From: Veleropilina oligotropha | Lineage: Eukaryota | Direction: 5' to 3' | Assembly: GCA_048128005.1 (NCBI GenBank) | Contig: JBEUKZ010000118.1 | Location: forward strand, 62,001-111,217 | DNA: 49,217 bases | Part shown: positions 9,944 through 22,650 of the stretch, one piece after another | Layout: every line of letters begins with the position of its first letter | Position numbering within the stretch: the stretch's first letter is position 1 | The notes under the pieces: generated by a model | Databases searched by the model: none | The model's input: only the letters and a program-made list of their open reading frames with translations | Told to the model about the DNA's origin: nothing | Made by a program: the position numbers and the translations under genes

Positions 9944-10225
9944 ATGACACTAAGATATCGAGCCCGGTGCACGGTGAGAAATAACCGGCATGTTAGACGT
10001 TGTGTAGTTATACTTGAAAGCAACATGCCACAGGAAGACATTATTACGCTGTACAGCGAACGGAGCTTCAGGCGCGTTAAAAACCTCTTAAACCGGGGCT
10101 ATAACGTTTTGATCGTTGTACTCGACAATGGTGAACAAGCGATATATAAGAAGAAGACCAAAGACGGTAGAAAGGGAGTTGCACGAAATCAAACTCACCC
10201 CCCCTGCTACTGCTCGCATAACTGA
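9944..10225 (+). CDS. Small basic hypothetical protein, divergently oriented
   Basis: ATG-initiated part of ORF 9875..10225; no motif recognised. Confidence 0.3.
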   Translation: MTLRYRARCTVRNNRHVRRCVVILESNMPQEDIITLYSERSFRRVKNLLNRGYNVLIVVLDNGEQAIYKKKTKDGRKGVARNQTHPPCYCSHN

Positions 10226-10310
10226 GGAGCCCGGGCCGGCGAGGGTAGTGGGCCGTCCCTGGGGGCTCTATGTCGCTGTACACACGGTAACTTTTTTGTA
10301 ATACACGATA

Positions 10311-10563
10311 TACCCTGGGGTCTGAAATATAGCTGGGAGCCTTCCCGGTCGCCCCGGGGCCCTAGTCTAAACTCCCCTGCTGACTAGTCCGAGCTACCCT
10401 GAGTTCTGAAATAGGGCTGGGCGCTGTATTTTCCCATTCTAAAAAGTCTACTGACCCCCCCTGCTGCTGGGTTGAGATCCATATTAATTCTGAAAAGTGC
10501 TGGGAGCCTTAATTTCCCTCGCCGCGCCCCCAGATAAAAGGTATGGTCACCCCCCCTGCTGCT
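10311..10563 (+). repeat. Three imperfect tandem units of about 84 bp
   Basis: tctgaaa..gctggg(a/c)gc...cccctgctg recurs at about 10321, 10405 and 10489. Confidence 0.65.
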
Positions 10564-10755
10564 GTCTGTCTGTCTGTTTCAAGTTGAACTCCTCCCAGAC
10601 GCTTTGACCTAGGACCTTCAAACTTTGGGGGGTTAATCGGGGTCCCCCAAGGAAGGTTTACCACGAAAAAAATTCGGAAAATTCGGCAAAAAAAAAAAAA
10701 ATTTAAGGGAGCACTATCCAAAAAAAAAAAAAAAAAAAAATGGGGTGGGGGGACT

Positions 10756-10784
10756 TACCCGGCGAAGACGGGTACCATTGCTAG
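10756..10784 (+). other. Helitron-type 3' terminus (hairpin + CTAG before T)
   Basis: tacccggcgaagacgggta-ccattg-CTAG|T, preceded by (tgtc)n and a Helitron-like body from about 10564. Confidence 0.85.
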
Positions 10785-11217
10785 TTATCATAATTATATT
10801 ATAGGCCTAATATTTAAAAATCATACAAGTCTGCGTGTGAGACCGTAATTATATTTACACATATATGTATGGTCAATACAATATTTAAGACATAAGTACT
10901 ATCTAAAATATTGTATTGACTATGCCGATCACGCAAAATTATACATCTATGTGAGCATATGTACCAACTTACGACCAAGTTACGCTTACCCCTTATCACG
11001 ACTAACGTTTCGAGCATTTATGTAGTCCAGCGTGAGCTGCGACCCACATGCGCAAAGAGCGTAAACACTTAAGCCTGACTAATCCGGTAGACACAACCAA
11101 ACTAAGACTTACGCAACCGGCCACAGAAATCCATGACGAGTCGAGCGACAAGGTTAAAAATGAATAGGCTTCTTCCTTGTCACATGGTAAACCCACCCAG
11201 CAAGTGAATTTATACTA

Positions 11218-12495
11218 CAGGGTTGCCACTCATATAAGATTTCAAAATTTCCTGACTTTTCCCTCTAACTCAGCTTCAGTTTTCCCTGACCGAATAAATG
11301 TACTAAAATTAACTAATTGTACGGTACCTAGCTATCTTCATATTGTTGTTGGGCACCACTATGTACATATAATGGCCAACAAATGTTGTTAATGAAAGTA
11401 AAAGCAAATGACAATTTGAAAAAGGTCCACTGTATTACAATGTTGGTAGTTACATGAAAAAGATGATTTTATCAAACAATTTGTGAAAATTGCCCACTCA
11501 GGTTGCCTGATTATATATTATAAGTATGCCATATATATTACATACTACTAAACTACTCATATTTTATCATCTAACAATATTGAGCTGTCTATGTCTCACA
11601 TTTTAGCAACAATATATAGAAAAATATATTTTAGTGCATGATAGCAAGCAACTATTTATACAGTATTCACCCTGCCTTTACTTGATAATATTCACATAAA
11701 ATAGAATAATTGTACTAATATTAATAATGGACATGGATATCTGCCACAGACCATTTCAATGTACAACATCCTTGCTATAATCCTGATATTATTGTAGTCT
11801 TAATATACTATTAGTTAATACAAAACAGGGAATAAAAAATAAAGTGATTTATTATTATTATTCCTTAGCAAAACAAAATGTTCATCACTTCTTCTACCAG
11901 GCAAGCTATAATGTATATTTATAGTCAAGGATCACAAATATTCTTCCTTCCCATGCAATGCCTAATGTGCTGGCTATAACCTTATGGAAAGCAGAGCGTC
12001 ATTGGTAACCCAATGCAGATATTAGTGAGCTAGCTAACCATGTACAATGCGTCGAGTATGCTGGCTAACCCATGCAATGATTAGTGTGGGCTGGCTAACC
12101 ATATGCAATGCATAGTCTACATAGCCAGCACACATTGCATTTCATGGGGTTAACCAGACAACTCTATACCTGCATAGATTAGCATACATTTAGTTAGAGT
12201 TGTAACATTGTGTGCAGGCGCGAATCCAGGAATTTTGCTTAGGGGGGGTTGCTGAATTTACTATCAACTGTTTGCGTGAAACCCCCTCTCCTGCACTCTG
12301 CCAGGGCAAACGCGATATTTCATTCTAACTTTATATGAACCACTGTCACTCAAATAGCACGAGTCAAATTTTTATTTTGTGCATATGAAAGGAAAATGCC
12401 AATTTTCATTGACTATTCCTGAATTTCCCTGACTTTTCACTGAATTCCAAATTTCCCTGACCAATTCCAAAATTCCCTGATCAGTGGCAACCCTG
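11218..12495. mobile_element. Non-autonomous TIR DNA transposon with ttccctga subterminal repeats
   Basis: Perfect 13-bp TIR cagggttgccact / agtggcaaccctg; flanks tacta / tatta. Contains short degenerate tandem repeats (about 11950-12120) and a nested MITE fragment from about 12215. Confidence 0.8.
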
Positions 12496-13326
12496 TATTA
12501 GGTACGAGTTATAATTTACTGATTTACATTGCTCGGTTGCAATCATTCACCTCATACGATAGCTGGAGGTTTCGCCCAAGTTTATTATTTTAATTACTAT
12601 ATATAGGGACACCTTTACCTGCCGACGTTGACCTGTGAAATGATTTCAGTCAGGTGTTTTTCCATAACGAGGCTATTACAGTCTCGCACATTCTTCTAGA
12701 ATAAAATTAATCTTAGGAACATCGCGAAGTAGAATTTCTCGCGCAGCCAAATCTGTATAAAACAATGTCAAACCTATTTTGCGGCATGGGACATTTAATA
12801 TCTCTTTCGATCGGACAAGATTTTGAGCGGGTGAATTTATTTTGCAAATTTATTTTACTACTTTATATTTATTATCGTGAGGTCACAGTATATTTTATTG
12901 TTTCCTTCATATTATTTTGATTTTGTATAAAAGATATATTTTTTGACCAATTGTTTAGGTCAAATATTTTAATACTAATTAATAATAGATCGTTTTGAAT
13001 TGTTTTTTTCGCCGTCAAAGGATCCATCTCATTCATTTGGTTATAATTTAAAATTTTGTATCAACAAAAACACGGATTGCGTATTAGTGCGAAAATTTTC
13101 GTAATTTAAGCCACTTATTGTGTTGTATAGCATTATTTTCCGCAACCCGAATTTTTTAACAATCCAACCGTTTCATATAACCCCGACAGGAAGTCCTCAG
13201 AATAGTTTTATGATATCACTCATTGCACATCCGTTAGCAGCCATAACCACAGCAAGCATAGTCGACAAGTGTGTGGTAAGAAATGAGTTCTAACTCTATT
13301 TTAGCGTATGGGCGAGTGATTAATTA

Positions 13327-13641
13327 TCTATACTATAATCGTGGAGAGTTTGTGTGTGTGTGTGTCTCCTATAGGCTCCCAAACGGCTGGACCGATCTCC
13401 ACCAAATTTGGCATGTGAACTAAGGGTACCAAGGCGGTGGTTATGGCGCTTTCACATTTTTTTTGGGGGGGGGGCGGGGGTGGTTTTTTTTTGGGGGGGG
13501 GGAATTTTCATATTTTCATAGTTAGCACTCAGTGGAGATCTTTCGTGGAATGTTACTTTATGTTAGAGGCATTAAAGATAAAAAAATAGGTTATTGATGA
13601 GGTGGGGAGACTCACCCGTCGAAGACGGGTACCCTGGCTAG
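13327..13641 (+). mobile_element. Complete non-autonomous Helitron (315 bp)
   Basis: A|TCTATACTATAAT 5' end, (tg)n, hairpin acccgtc-gaa-gacgggt, CTAG|T 3' end, no TSD. Confidence 0.92.
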
Positions 13642-13714
13642 TAGTAATATATATATTCCATATGGTGACTGTTTTAATCACGACACATCACCATCGTGTT
13701 GATTGTGGATTTAG

Positions 13715-13996
13715 CAGGGGCGTAGGAACCAATAATTTCGCCGAAAATGTGTTTTTTTTAAATTGAATATTTGTTTACCAAAACTAAAATTTTTGGGCAA
13801 TTAAAATGGTCAATATATAGCCCAGAATACAGGAAAACGCATCTAAGACCTTCTACAGTTAAAAAGATTCCGGGGGGCATGACCCGGACCCCCCTAGCAG
13901 GTTCGGGCCCTCAATGCTCACGGCCTTCGGCCGTTCGCCTATGCATCCCTTCATAATATTTGCCGGACCAGTGTCAATTTGCTTCCGACACCCCTG
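13715..13996. mobile_element. MITE with 5-bp TSD (hAT5-like)
   Basis: TIR caggggcgtaggaa / ttccgacacccctg; exact TSD tttag on both sides. Confidence 0.88.
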
Positions 13997-15167
13997 TTTA
14001 GTATGATTTTTATGTGCCATGGGTGTCCCTACTATAAAAATAACATATACTGCTAAATACTTTCCCAAAAAAATAATTATATCCTAAGTATTACAAATTT
14101 CTATTAAATTACAAGGCCTTCCTTTCAAGTTTGAGTTTTGGGTAAGCAAAACGATCTCGCACCGAGTAACCATGGCATTGTCAATAGCAAATATATATAT
14201 GTCAGTGTTTGATTTTTAATGCAAAACATAAAGATACATTTCAAATAACGTATAAATAATACAGAACCGACATAATGAATGTATACAATAATCTCTCGGT
14301 GAAAATACTAAACTGTACACGGAAATATTTTATTTGCAAATGGCGACGTATAATCAGCGTACTTTTTACAATCTTTAACAACGATTTATACACGATGAGT
14401 AAACCAAAACAGCAAAAATATGATCAGGTGTATACATAGTAAGTGTTTTAATGTCATATGTTATATTTATGTAATATTTTGTCTTGTTGAAGTGCAGATT
14501 TTAGAGTTGGGGCGAAACCACGTGACCTGGGACATTTTTAGCGTAGGGAGAACTTGATTGGGGCGAAACCTCAAGAAACCATCATATACAGCTATGAAAA
14601 AAACTTGAGGACACATAGGACTATGCATGCGTACTCATTACTAAATGCATGGCATAATTAAATGCTGTTTTGATGTTGAAAATATTACCTAAAACTGCGG
14701 CATCGGTAACTGGAGCAAAATTCCTGGCCGCCATATTTCACTAAACGGTGATGCCGTTAAATAATGTCATTCTAACGCCAGAGAAATGGGGGCGATAACT
14801 CATAATTTACTCATTCTGTCTTGTCTCTACGTATGGTGAATGACTCGGCAGAATGCCGACATGCTGATGTGTCTCCCGATTTTTCAGTGATCAAGCACAT
14901 ATTAAATGACAAAGACTATACTTTATTGGCACAAGATCAATATACCGAAATATATAGCCAGAGGAAGACAAGAATAACGCAAATAACATAATGTACACAA
15001 ATAGCTGTATGGAGGGTTTAATGATAAATGCCATGATACCGTCGTAATTTGGAAATATTTATAATAATTCAAATTATAAATTTGGCTAAGACAGCTATTG
15101 CTTTCTAATAACGAACGAAGTTCGTCCTATAGATTAGGGACACAACCACAATATCTGAACATATCTG

Positions 15168-17056
15168 GTATATCCAATAAAATATTGAAATCTTGCTCAC
15201 ACTCGCTCAGTCTACCACTTGCAAACCTATTTAATTACTGCATTTCTCAAGAACGATTTCCTGATAGACTTAAGCAGGGTCAGATTATTCCTATTTATAA
15301 GAAAAATGACCCCTTAGACAAATGTAATTATAGACCAATTAGTATTCTGCCAGCAATTTCAAAAATATTTGAAAAATTGTTGAACGAACAACTATGCCTC
15401 TTTTTTAATGATATCTTTGATCCTTTTCTATCTGCGTTTCGTTCTGGCTTCGGCTGCCAGACTACTCTTCTACGTTTAATTGAGGACTGGCGCAAGGCAC
15501 TGGATGAGAGTAAATATGTTGCAGCCATATTGATGGACCTCTCTAAGGCCTTTGACTGTCTACCCCATAACCTGTTGCTTGGGAAACTACGAGCATATGG
15601 GCTGGGTGAATCAGCGGTTAATCTAATTGGCAGCTACCTCAACAACAGACAGCAGCAAACTAGGCTGGGATCGTTTAGCAGCGACTGGGAGATCTTAACT
15701 AAGGGTGTTCCCCAAGGGTCCATCATGGGGCCTCTGCTTTTCAATATATTCTTAAACGATATATTTACAGTCATTGAAAATAGTACCCTATACAACTATG
15801 CTGATGACAATACTCTATCATACAGCCATGCTAACCCTGAAATTTTAAAAAATGTTCTAACACATGACAGCGAGAAACTAATAACTTGGTTTGATGAAAA
15901 TGGGATGAAAGCAAACCCCGATAAATTTCAGGCAATAGGTATAGGTAAAAAGACACATGCTTGTATCACCTCTTTTGAAGTTAATAATACAAAAATAATT
16001 TGTGATAAAAATGTGCAGCTTTTGGGCATAAATATAGACTTTCAACTCAAATTCGATGAGCACATTTCAAGTATATGCAGAAAGGCATCTAAACAACTAT
16101 GTGTCATCAAACGAATAGGCAAATTCCTTACAAGGAAAGGTAAAATGGCCATCTTTCAAGCTTTTATTATGTCAAATTTCAACTATTGTCCACTTGTGTG
16201 GCACTTCTGCAGTCAGAGATGTAGTAGAAAGATGGAAAAAGTACAGGAACGAGCCCTACGATTTATACATGATGATTTTACCACTCCTACTTTACGACTT
16301 TTGGAAATAAATGGGTTATCATACTTGCATATTACCCGACTTAAACTTATGGCAAAAGAAACTTTTAAAATACTGAACAATATCTCTCCTGATTACATCT
16401 GTAACTTAGTTACTCGTAAATACTTACCATATAATCTCAGAGATGAAAACAAGGCTCATATCCCAAATGTACATTCCACTAGATATGGACTCAAATCTTT
16501 CCGTTATAAGGCATCTCAGGTATGGAACTGTCTCCCAAATGAAATGCGAAAAGCTGAATCATATCCAGCGTTCTGCCGGATGATCCATGCCTGGGATGGC
16601 CACTTATGTGATTGCCCTTTATGTATCTAATTTTAACTCATATCGTTTAACCTACAATATTTTAACTGGATTTCTTGTCAATTAGTTGACTTTTTATTCT
16701 TTTATTCTTTGTATGTATTGTTTTAATAGTTATTTTAATCACACGCTGCCCATGGTTTTACTCTATCGTCATTTTGTTTATATTAGTAATCTTTTATCCA
16801 TGGTTATACATGTACTAGGGTATATAAGCTGTATTATTTTGTAATATTGTGATTTATTTGATACTAATGTATATATTATATTTTATGTCTTCATTTTAAT
16901 ATGCTATTAATAATTGTATTTATATTTCTTTTATTTCTTACCTTTGATATTCTATGTAATATATTTTATCATGTCGTAATAATAGCTCTACAGAGCTAGT
17001 GTTTACTGTTGAAACAAACGACGTTAAATAAATATTCTTGTATCTCTTGTATCTTG
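15168..17056 (+). mobile_element. 5'-truncated LINE (CR1/L2 group) with open RT frame to 16630, AT-rich 3' UTR and (tcttgta)n tail
   Basis: NYRPISIL, MDLSKAFD, GVPQGSIMGP, YADD; flanked by tatctg at 15162-15167 and 17057-17062. Confidence 0.93.
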
Positions 17057-18087
17057 TATCTGTGCATACCTTGCAACTTGAACCGGATGGTCACGAATTG
17101 ACCACTGCGCAAACTCGAGTCAGCCCTGTTTCGAAGGAAATTCGGTATTTTTACGACAACGGCCGATTTTAAACTTCAAATTATCCAAGTACAATAACAT
17201 TAATAATAACGCGACAAATTGATATAAACCCATTGCTATCGTCTGTGTATATATCTTTTTCTGCAAGAATGGCGTGATGTTTTGATAATTGCGACGTCAG
17301 AGAAAATGCGTAGCTAAGCAACAATGAGTGACGTCGCGGAATGTGTGTCAGCTAATTACACTAGACGTTAAGAAGACAGGGTACGGATTTCATAATTTTT
17401 ATTTGTGTATAATCCCTATTCTGCGTTCGTATCTAGGTGCTACCTACAACATATTAGTAAAACATTTGTATATGAAATCCCGAATACACGTAGAAATTTC
17501 ATTATCCCATTTAGTATACCCTATAATAACGAACGCAGTTCGCGCAAACGAAGATCGTCCTATATAGATTAGAGACATGACCACAATATCTACACATACC
17601 TGTGCATACCTTGCAACTTGAACCGGATGGTCACGAATTGACCACTGCGCAAACTAGAGTCAGCCATGTTTTGAACGTTTTGTGTTCATCACTCGATCTT
17701 GTTTTATTGGATTACCAATATCTCGCACCATCGAGATATGCAAAACAGCATAATTATGGGACAACGGCCGATTTTAAACGGCAAATTATCCAAGTACAAT
17801 AACATTAATAACGTGACAAATTGATATAAACCCAGTACTATCGTCTATGCATATATCTTTTGCTACGAGAATGGTGCGATGTTTTGAAAAATTGTGACGT
17901 CAGAGAACATGCGTAGCTAAGCAACAATGGGTGACGTCGTGGAATATGTGTCAGCTTACACTAGACGTTATGAATAAAAGACGCATTTCAAAAATTAAGA
18001 AGAAATCGCAGGGTACGGATTTCATAATTTTTATTTGTGTATAATCTCTATTCTGCGTTCGTATCCAGGTGCTACCTACAACATATT
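17057..18087 (+). repeat. Tandem duplication with about 540-bp offset; the first unit is interrupted by the LINE
   Basis: tgtgcataccttgcaacttgaaccggatgg at 17061 and 17601; about 15110-15167 matches about 17548-17602. Confidence 0.9.
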
Positions 18088-18979
18088 CTTATATGTTTGT
18101 TTAGGCCTACATAATCAAAGTTACTAGCGATCGACTTCTAAATAATTAATCAGTTGTCTTTAGGAATCGCAATGGTAAGAGGGGCATGCACCAAACTTCA
18201 ATTAACTCAAAACTAGACAAAGTATTTTTTATGATGGTCCCCCATTTCTTATTTTGATTAAGAGTGGATAAATAATCTAAGTATGACTGGTACACCAGTG
18301 ATTGGGTGTCAAGCTAGGTCACTAAGTCGCAACCATAATTTGACAAATCGCTCCAGTTTACCTCTATAACAGCTGCATTGTTAGTTTTCCCATTAACCCA
18401 AATTATATATTTTGAAAATGTGTTGGAAACAGATTATCACAGTCAGCATTAAAGTTGCCAGGAGAGGTAAAACTGTTCTCATATAGCAATAACTGCGTGT
18501 AATTTTGATTCTAGAACCTTCAAATCAATGGGCTCGTCAACTAATCAGCATGTGAAGTTGACATGTTTAACTCTGGTGTTGATTTACGGAATGGCATTCT
18601 GCAAGACATTTTAATCACCTTCTGATGGATTATGTAGAGAAACTGCAGGGGCATGATTTGTGTCGATGCAACAGGCGGACATACGCGGTATTGACCCCAC
18701 ATTATTCATTTCCCTTTGCAAATGCTTTGACCATACAGTCTTTGCTTTTTATAAACGTTTCATTAATGCACAATTCATGATTTCTGTTCTGATTCACAGA
18801 AGTGGGTGGGAATCTTTGGTTGGTCGCGTTGGCAAGTCATTAGCTCCAGTTGTCCATAACTGGCCGGTACGGGCATGTCGGGTAACGTACACAAGCTTCA
18901 CCAACAACTATATATTTAACGAAGCAGAAGGTGAAAGTCCACACACAGGCACTGCTTTGGTGCGGCGAAGCAGCAGAAC

Positions 18980-20300
18980 AGATTCAACCAACTTTAATAT
19001 CCGTTCTGATTGTGTTGTATGTGGCAAAGGTGACAAGAAAAAAGAGAAGCTGACTCCAATTACAACCAGTACTGGTAAACCAACAAGAGAGAAGGTCTTA
19101 GAGGCAGCTGCCAAACGACATGACGATATGGTCAATACCCGAATGCAGACACATTCTGATATATTCACATTTGATGCAATATATCATTGGAGTTTTTATG
19201 GACATTATATCAGCGATCGTAATATGAAAGCAGCGAGTTCTAAGGCTGACAAAATGGATGAGAGTGAGACAAACACATGCTATGAGGAAGCATTTCATGT
19301 TGTTACGGATGAACTGGAGAAATCGGTCCTATCCCAGGAAATGACCGTAACCAAACTCTCTTGCGTGAGATCACAGTATGACAAAGCCCTGGAGGCGACA
19401 GGAGTAGCCGATGCACAACAATACTCATCGTGGAAGCTAAAGACGAAACTTAAAAACCTATATGGGGACATAATAGTCTTTGTTCAACAACGCGGCCAGT
19501 CAGACTTCATCTGCTCAGGCAACATGACAACTAGTGATGCATTCAAACAATCATCCAATTTTGAAACCGATGAAGACATTGAGTTTTCTGATTTGGGATC
19601 ATCATGCGATCATTTGGCTGAATCCACGCGATATATGCCGTTTCTACGAGCCCATCCTACATATCTTTCAACTATTTACACTATTATATGCAAGATGGTT
19701 GACGTTTGTTAGCAAATTAGACAAGATCATATTCTAGTAACTGCTGACATGGCCATATATACAGCAAGGCGCAACAAATCCTATGGGCCAAACCGAAATA
19801 TTTATAAGGAAATGTGACAATGCGAGTTGGTGGGATGCACACTACAATGGCTTTGCTAGCTAGTTTAGGCAAGTTATTTGGTGATTGTGGGCTTTTGGCT
19901 TTACTAACTGGGTGATCTGTGTATGCAGAGGCAACAGCACCGCACATGCTGCAGGGCACACCACTATCTCGAGGTATTCGGTGCATAACAATAAATTATT
20001 GTCTTCGAGGCTATATTCCGAACGTTCTTCAGATCGATGGTAGCATGGCTTGAACGATCTAATCGCTTTCTCAGCAGTGATGACGCACAACACAAATTTA
20101 TTCATCTACAACATGCATGTGCAAGAGTTTGTAGAAGTGATTGGGGAATTTCCAGCACTTGGTCGACCACGATCAGCAACATTTGCATTTTGGAACGATT
20201 TCATGGAAGGTGCTCATGTCTTGTTTCATCACCTTAGAGCAGAGAAGGAAGGTTCCATGGAACTTCATATGGTTGCCATGTGTGAAGCAATTGTTTGGTT
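18980..20300 (+). pseudogene. Degenerate Academ-like transposase
   Basis: CVVC..., DIFTFDAIYH, VTADMAIYSKAQQILW and MRVGGMH..LASLGKLFGDCG motifs spread across frameshifts and stops. Confidence 0.7.
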
Positions 20301-22394
20301 TCTGGTTGCATCAGCTCCTCATCGGCGATGCTCATGTTGCAGGGGTTCTTCTGTGCCCTCTTCTTCTTCCCCTTGTCATCAGCCAGGCGGGAGGAGGTGG
20401 AGACGTCAATCGACACATATGATGAAACCCATGATTCACGGGATAATTCAAGAGGAGGAGTTGAGGAGCTTGAGCGCTCAGCAACATATCGCTCATCACC
20501 AGCAGGTGGATCAAGTATATCAGCAGGTGGATCAGCAGATTTGGATGAGGATGGCGATGGGGTCTTCTTGATATTTCCTCGGCCCCGGGTAGACGATGTC
20601 TTCTTCTTGGGAGGAATATTGTTGTTTAAACATATATGTACCATTTTACATCTATTGATCTTCCATCTAGTTTTAGTATGTTATCGACAGGATATAGCTC
20701 TGTATAAAAACGTGAAATTTAAAATGTTGCAATTAGTTTGATGTTAAGCATTTTGTTCACCTAATTTGACTGGACTAATATGTGTCGCGGGATAGATATA
20801 TGTGAAACGAGTTTAACTCATTTTCATATTTCCCGAGGCTTGCACAGTAATGCTGGATATGTGTCGCTGACCGGTTTGAATCTGTCATTGACGTCTGCTA
20901 TCGCGGAGAAGCTATGTATACGTACCTCGGGTTCTGCATATTTGTCATTGTCGCGTCTGCAATCTCGTTACCGCGAAATCAGTTCCAATAATCTCTAACA
21001 TGTTGTTGTTTTATGGCCGTTGCTATAAATGTTTCCACTATCGCCGCCATAATGTCAACAATACAAATATTGGCGGCAATCTCATTATAACATTATAGTA
21101 AACAATACGTAGTAGAAACAAGAAGTGCGCTCGACCTTTAGTGACACGCAGTTCTATTGTCTGTTCTTATTTCATTCATTAAATCATCCAATCACATTTC
21201 AAGCAGGCTTTAATACACGCGTCTAATACGAAGAATAAGACACGGTGTTGCACTATGGGAACATGATATAGATATGTGATAAATACTATAAGTACACATT
21301 TTGTGCATGTTACAACATTTTTACCTGATAATCTATTATTATATCAATCCTGTATTAGTTAACTCATGCCCTGACAGCTTCGGAAGAACACAAATTATAT
21401 ATTTTAAATATAAATAGACCTGTGCAGATTGTAATTTTGACCACATATACAACTGCAGATATGTGTTAATATATATTTCACTTATGCTTTTTAAGAATAT
21501 ATTCAAATATAAACTGTATAACATTTTTGCTTACTATTTTATCAAGCCATATCTTTCATATTGCTTCATTGGCGTGCCTTAAATGTGAGCTTTGCTGATT
21601 AAATATAATAGAGCATACATGGTGAATATGGAGGTTAATTGTATCCATTATAGGCCCTACATGCAATTAGTTACACAACACATCGTTTAAACATTGAATG
21701 TTATTGATTTATGTTTGGACGACACCACATTTAGCATAAAAAAGATAATTAATGCATTTGAGTGTTTTGGTTCACTATGAAACACTGCAAAACCCATTTT
21801 TCAACATTACTTACAGTACATAATGTTCATTTCAGCATATTTAAATTGAACCAGGGGCAAAAAACCCACAAAAACAAACTAACTTTAGCAGTTAACATTG
21901 TAATGAGCATATTGATTAATTGTGGCAAATTTCGATTACTTGGCATAACAAATAATGATTTAATTCGATTTTCAGCTGCCAAACCCTTTAAAATATGTGT
22001 GCCATGCCAGACCTCAGACTAGCTACAATAACATTTACTATGTTCTATCATATAACCGTATACGCTCTAGCGTGTACACAGAGTTTGATAGACATGCCAT
22101 TAACTCAAGAAATATTTGCATACATGTAAGCAACATTTAATGAAAAATTCGTCATTTCATGACCTGCTACATTTTTAGCTATAGCCATTTATGTTTACCG
22201 TCTAGCGGACATGGACAAATCGCACACTCACCGCGAAGGGATAGGGGAAAGTCAGGATATGCTTCTTTAAAATGGATGACTCAGATATTGATTAATTGCA
22301 TACCTGATGAAACTTTAACATCTTCTCAATGAAATGCAGTGAAAAATCACACCAGCAAATGTACAGAAATACACAAAGTAACACCATTCCACAT

Positions 22395-22650
22395 CCCAGC
22401 TAGCACGCCACGTTACTACCACGTTGTATGAATGTGATATTTTGGTGTCACTGGCCACAACGTGATAGCCACGTTGCTGCAACGTTACGGATGTTTTCAT
22501 CTAAGAAACATATTCGGTTATGTTGTTTGTATTTTCCACATGTTACCCTATTATAATATTAATTTGAACTATTTTCCACCTAAGCACTGCTAAGTATATT
22601 ACATATGTTTTAGTAGTTATGCAACGTAATTACCACGTTGTGTTCACGCC
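22395..22650 (+). mobile_element. End fragment of a CMC/EnSpm-like non-autonomous element
   Basis: cccagctagcac start followed by repeated (c/a)acgtt motifs; second end not found. Confidence 0.4.

Larger units (their letters stand above)
1678..10784. mobile_element. Endogenous Polinton-like/adintovirus-like element, 5'-truncated, with Helitron-like 3' end
   Basis: Abrupt switch to GC-rich, tightly packed, intron-less ORFs: capsid-like C-terminus, packaging ATPase, RVE integrase and PolB-helicase. Right end is hairpin + CTAG|T. Confidence 0.85.
12563..14575. mobile_element. Possible older TIR element hosting the nested Helitron and MITE
   Basis: gaggtttcgcccaa (about 12566) is inverted relative to ttggggcgaaacctc (about 14558); ends and TSD unclear. 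Confidence 0.35.

Noticed and set aside
1678..10300. Bacterial or phage contamination
   Set aside because: The RVE integrase plus A32-like ATPase plus pPolB-like gene set is eukaryotic Polinton-type, and both junctions join host-type repeats. Read-level confirmation is still advisable.
15098..15167. N-terminus of a 510-aa RT protein
   Set aside because: Belongs to the flanking tandem repeat unit; the LINE is 5'-truncated.
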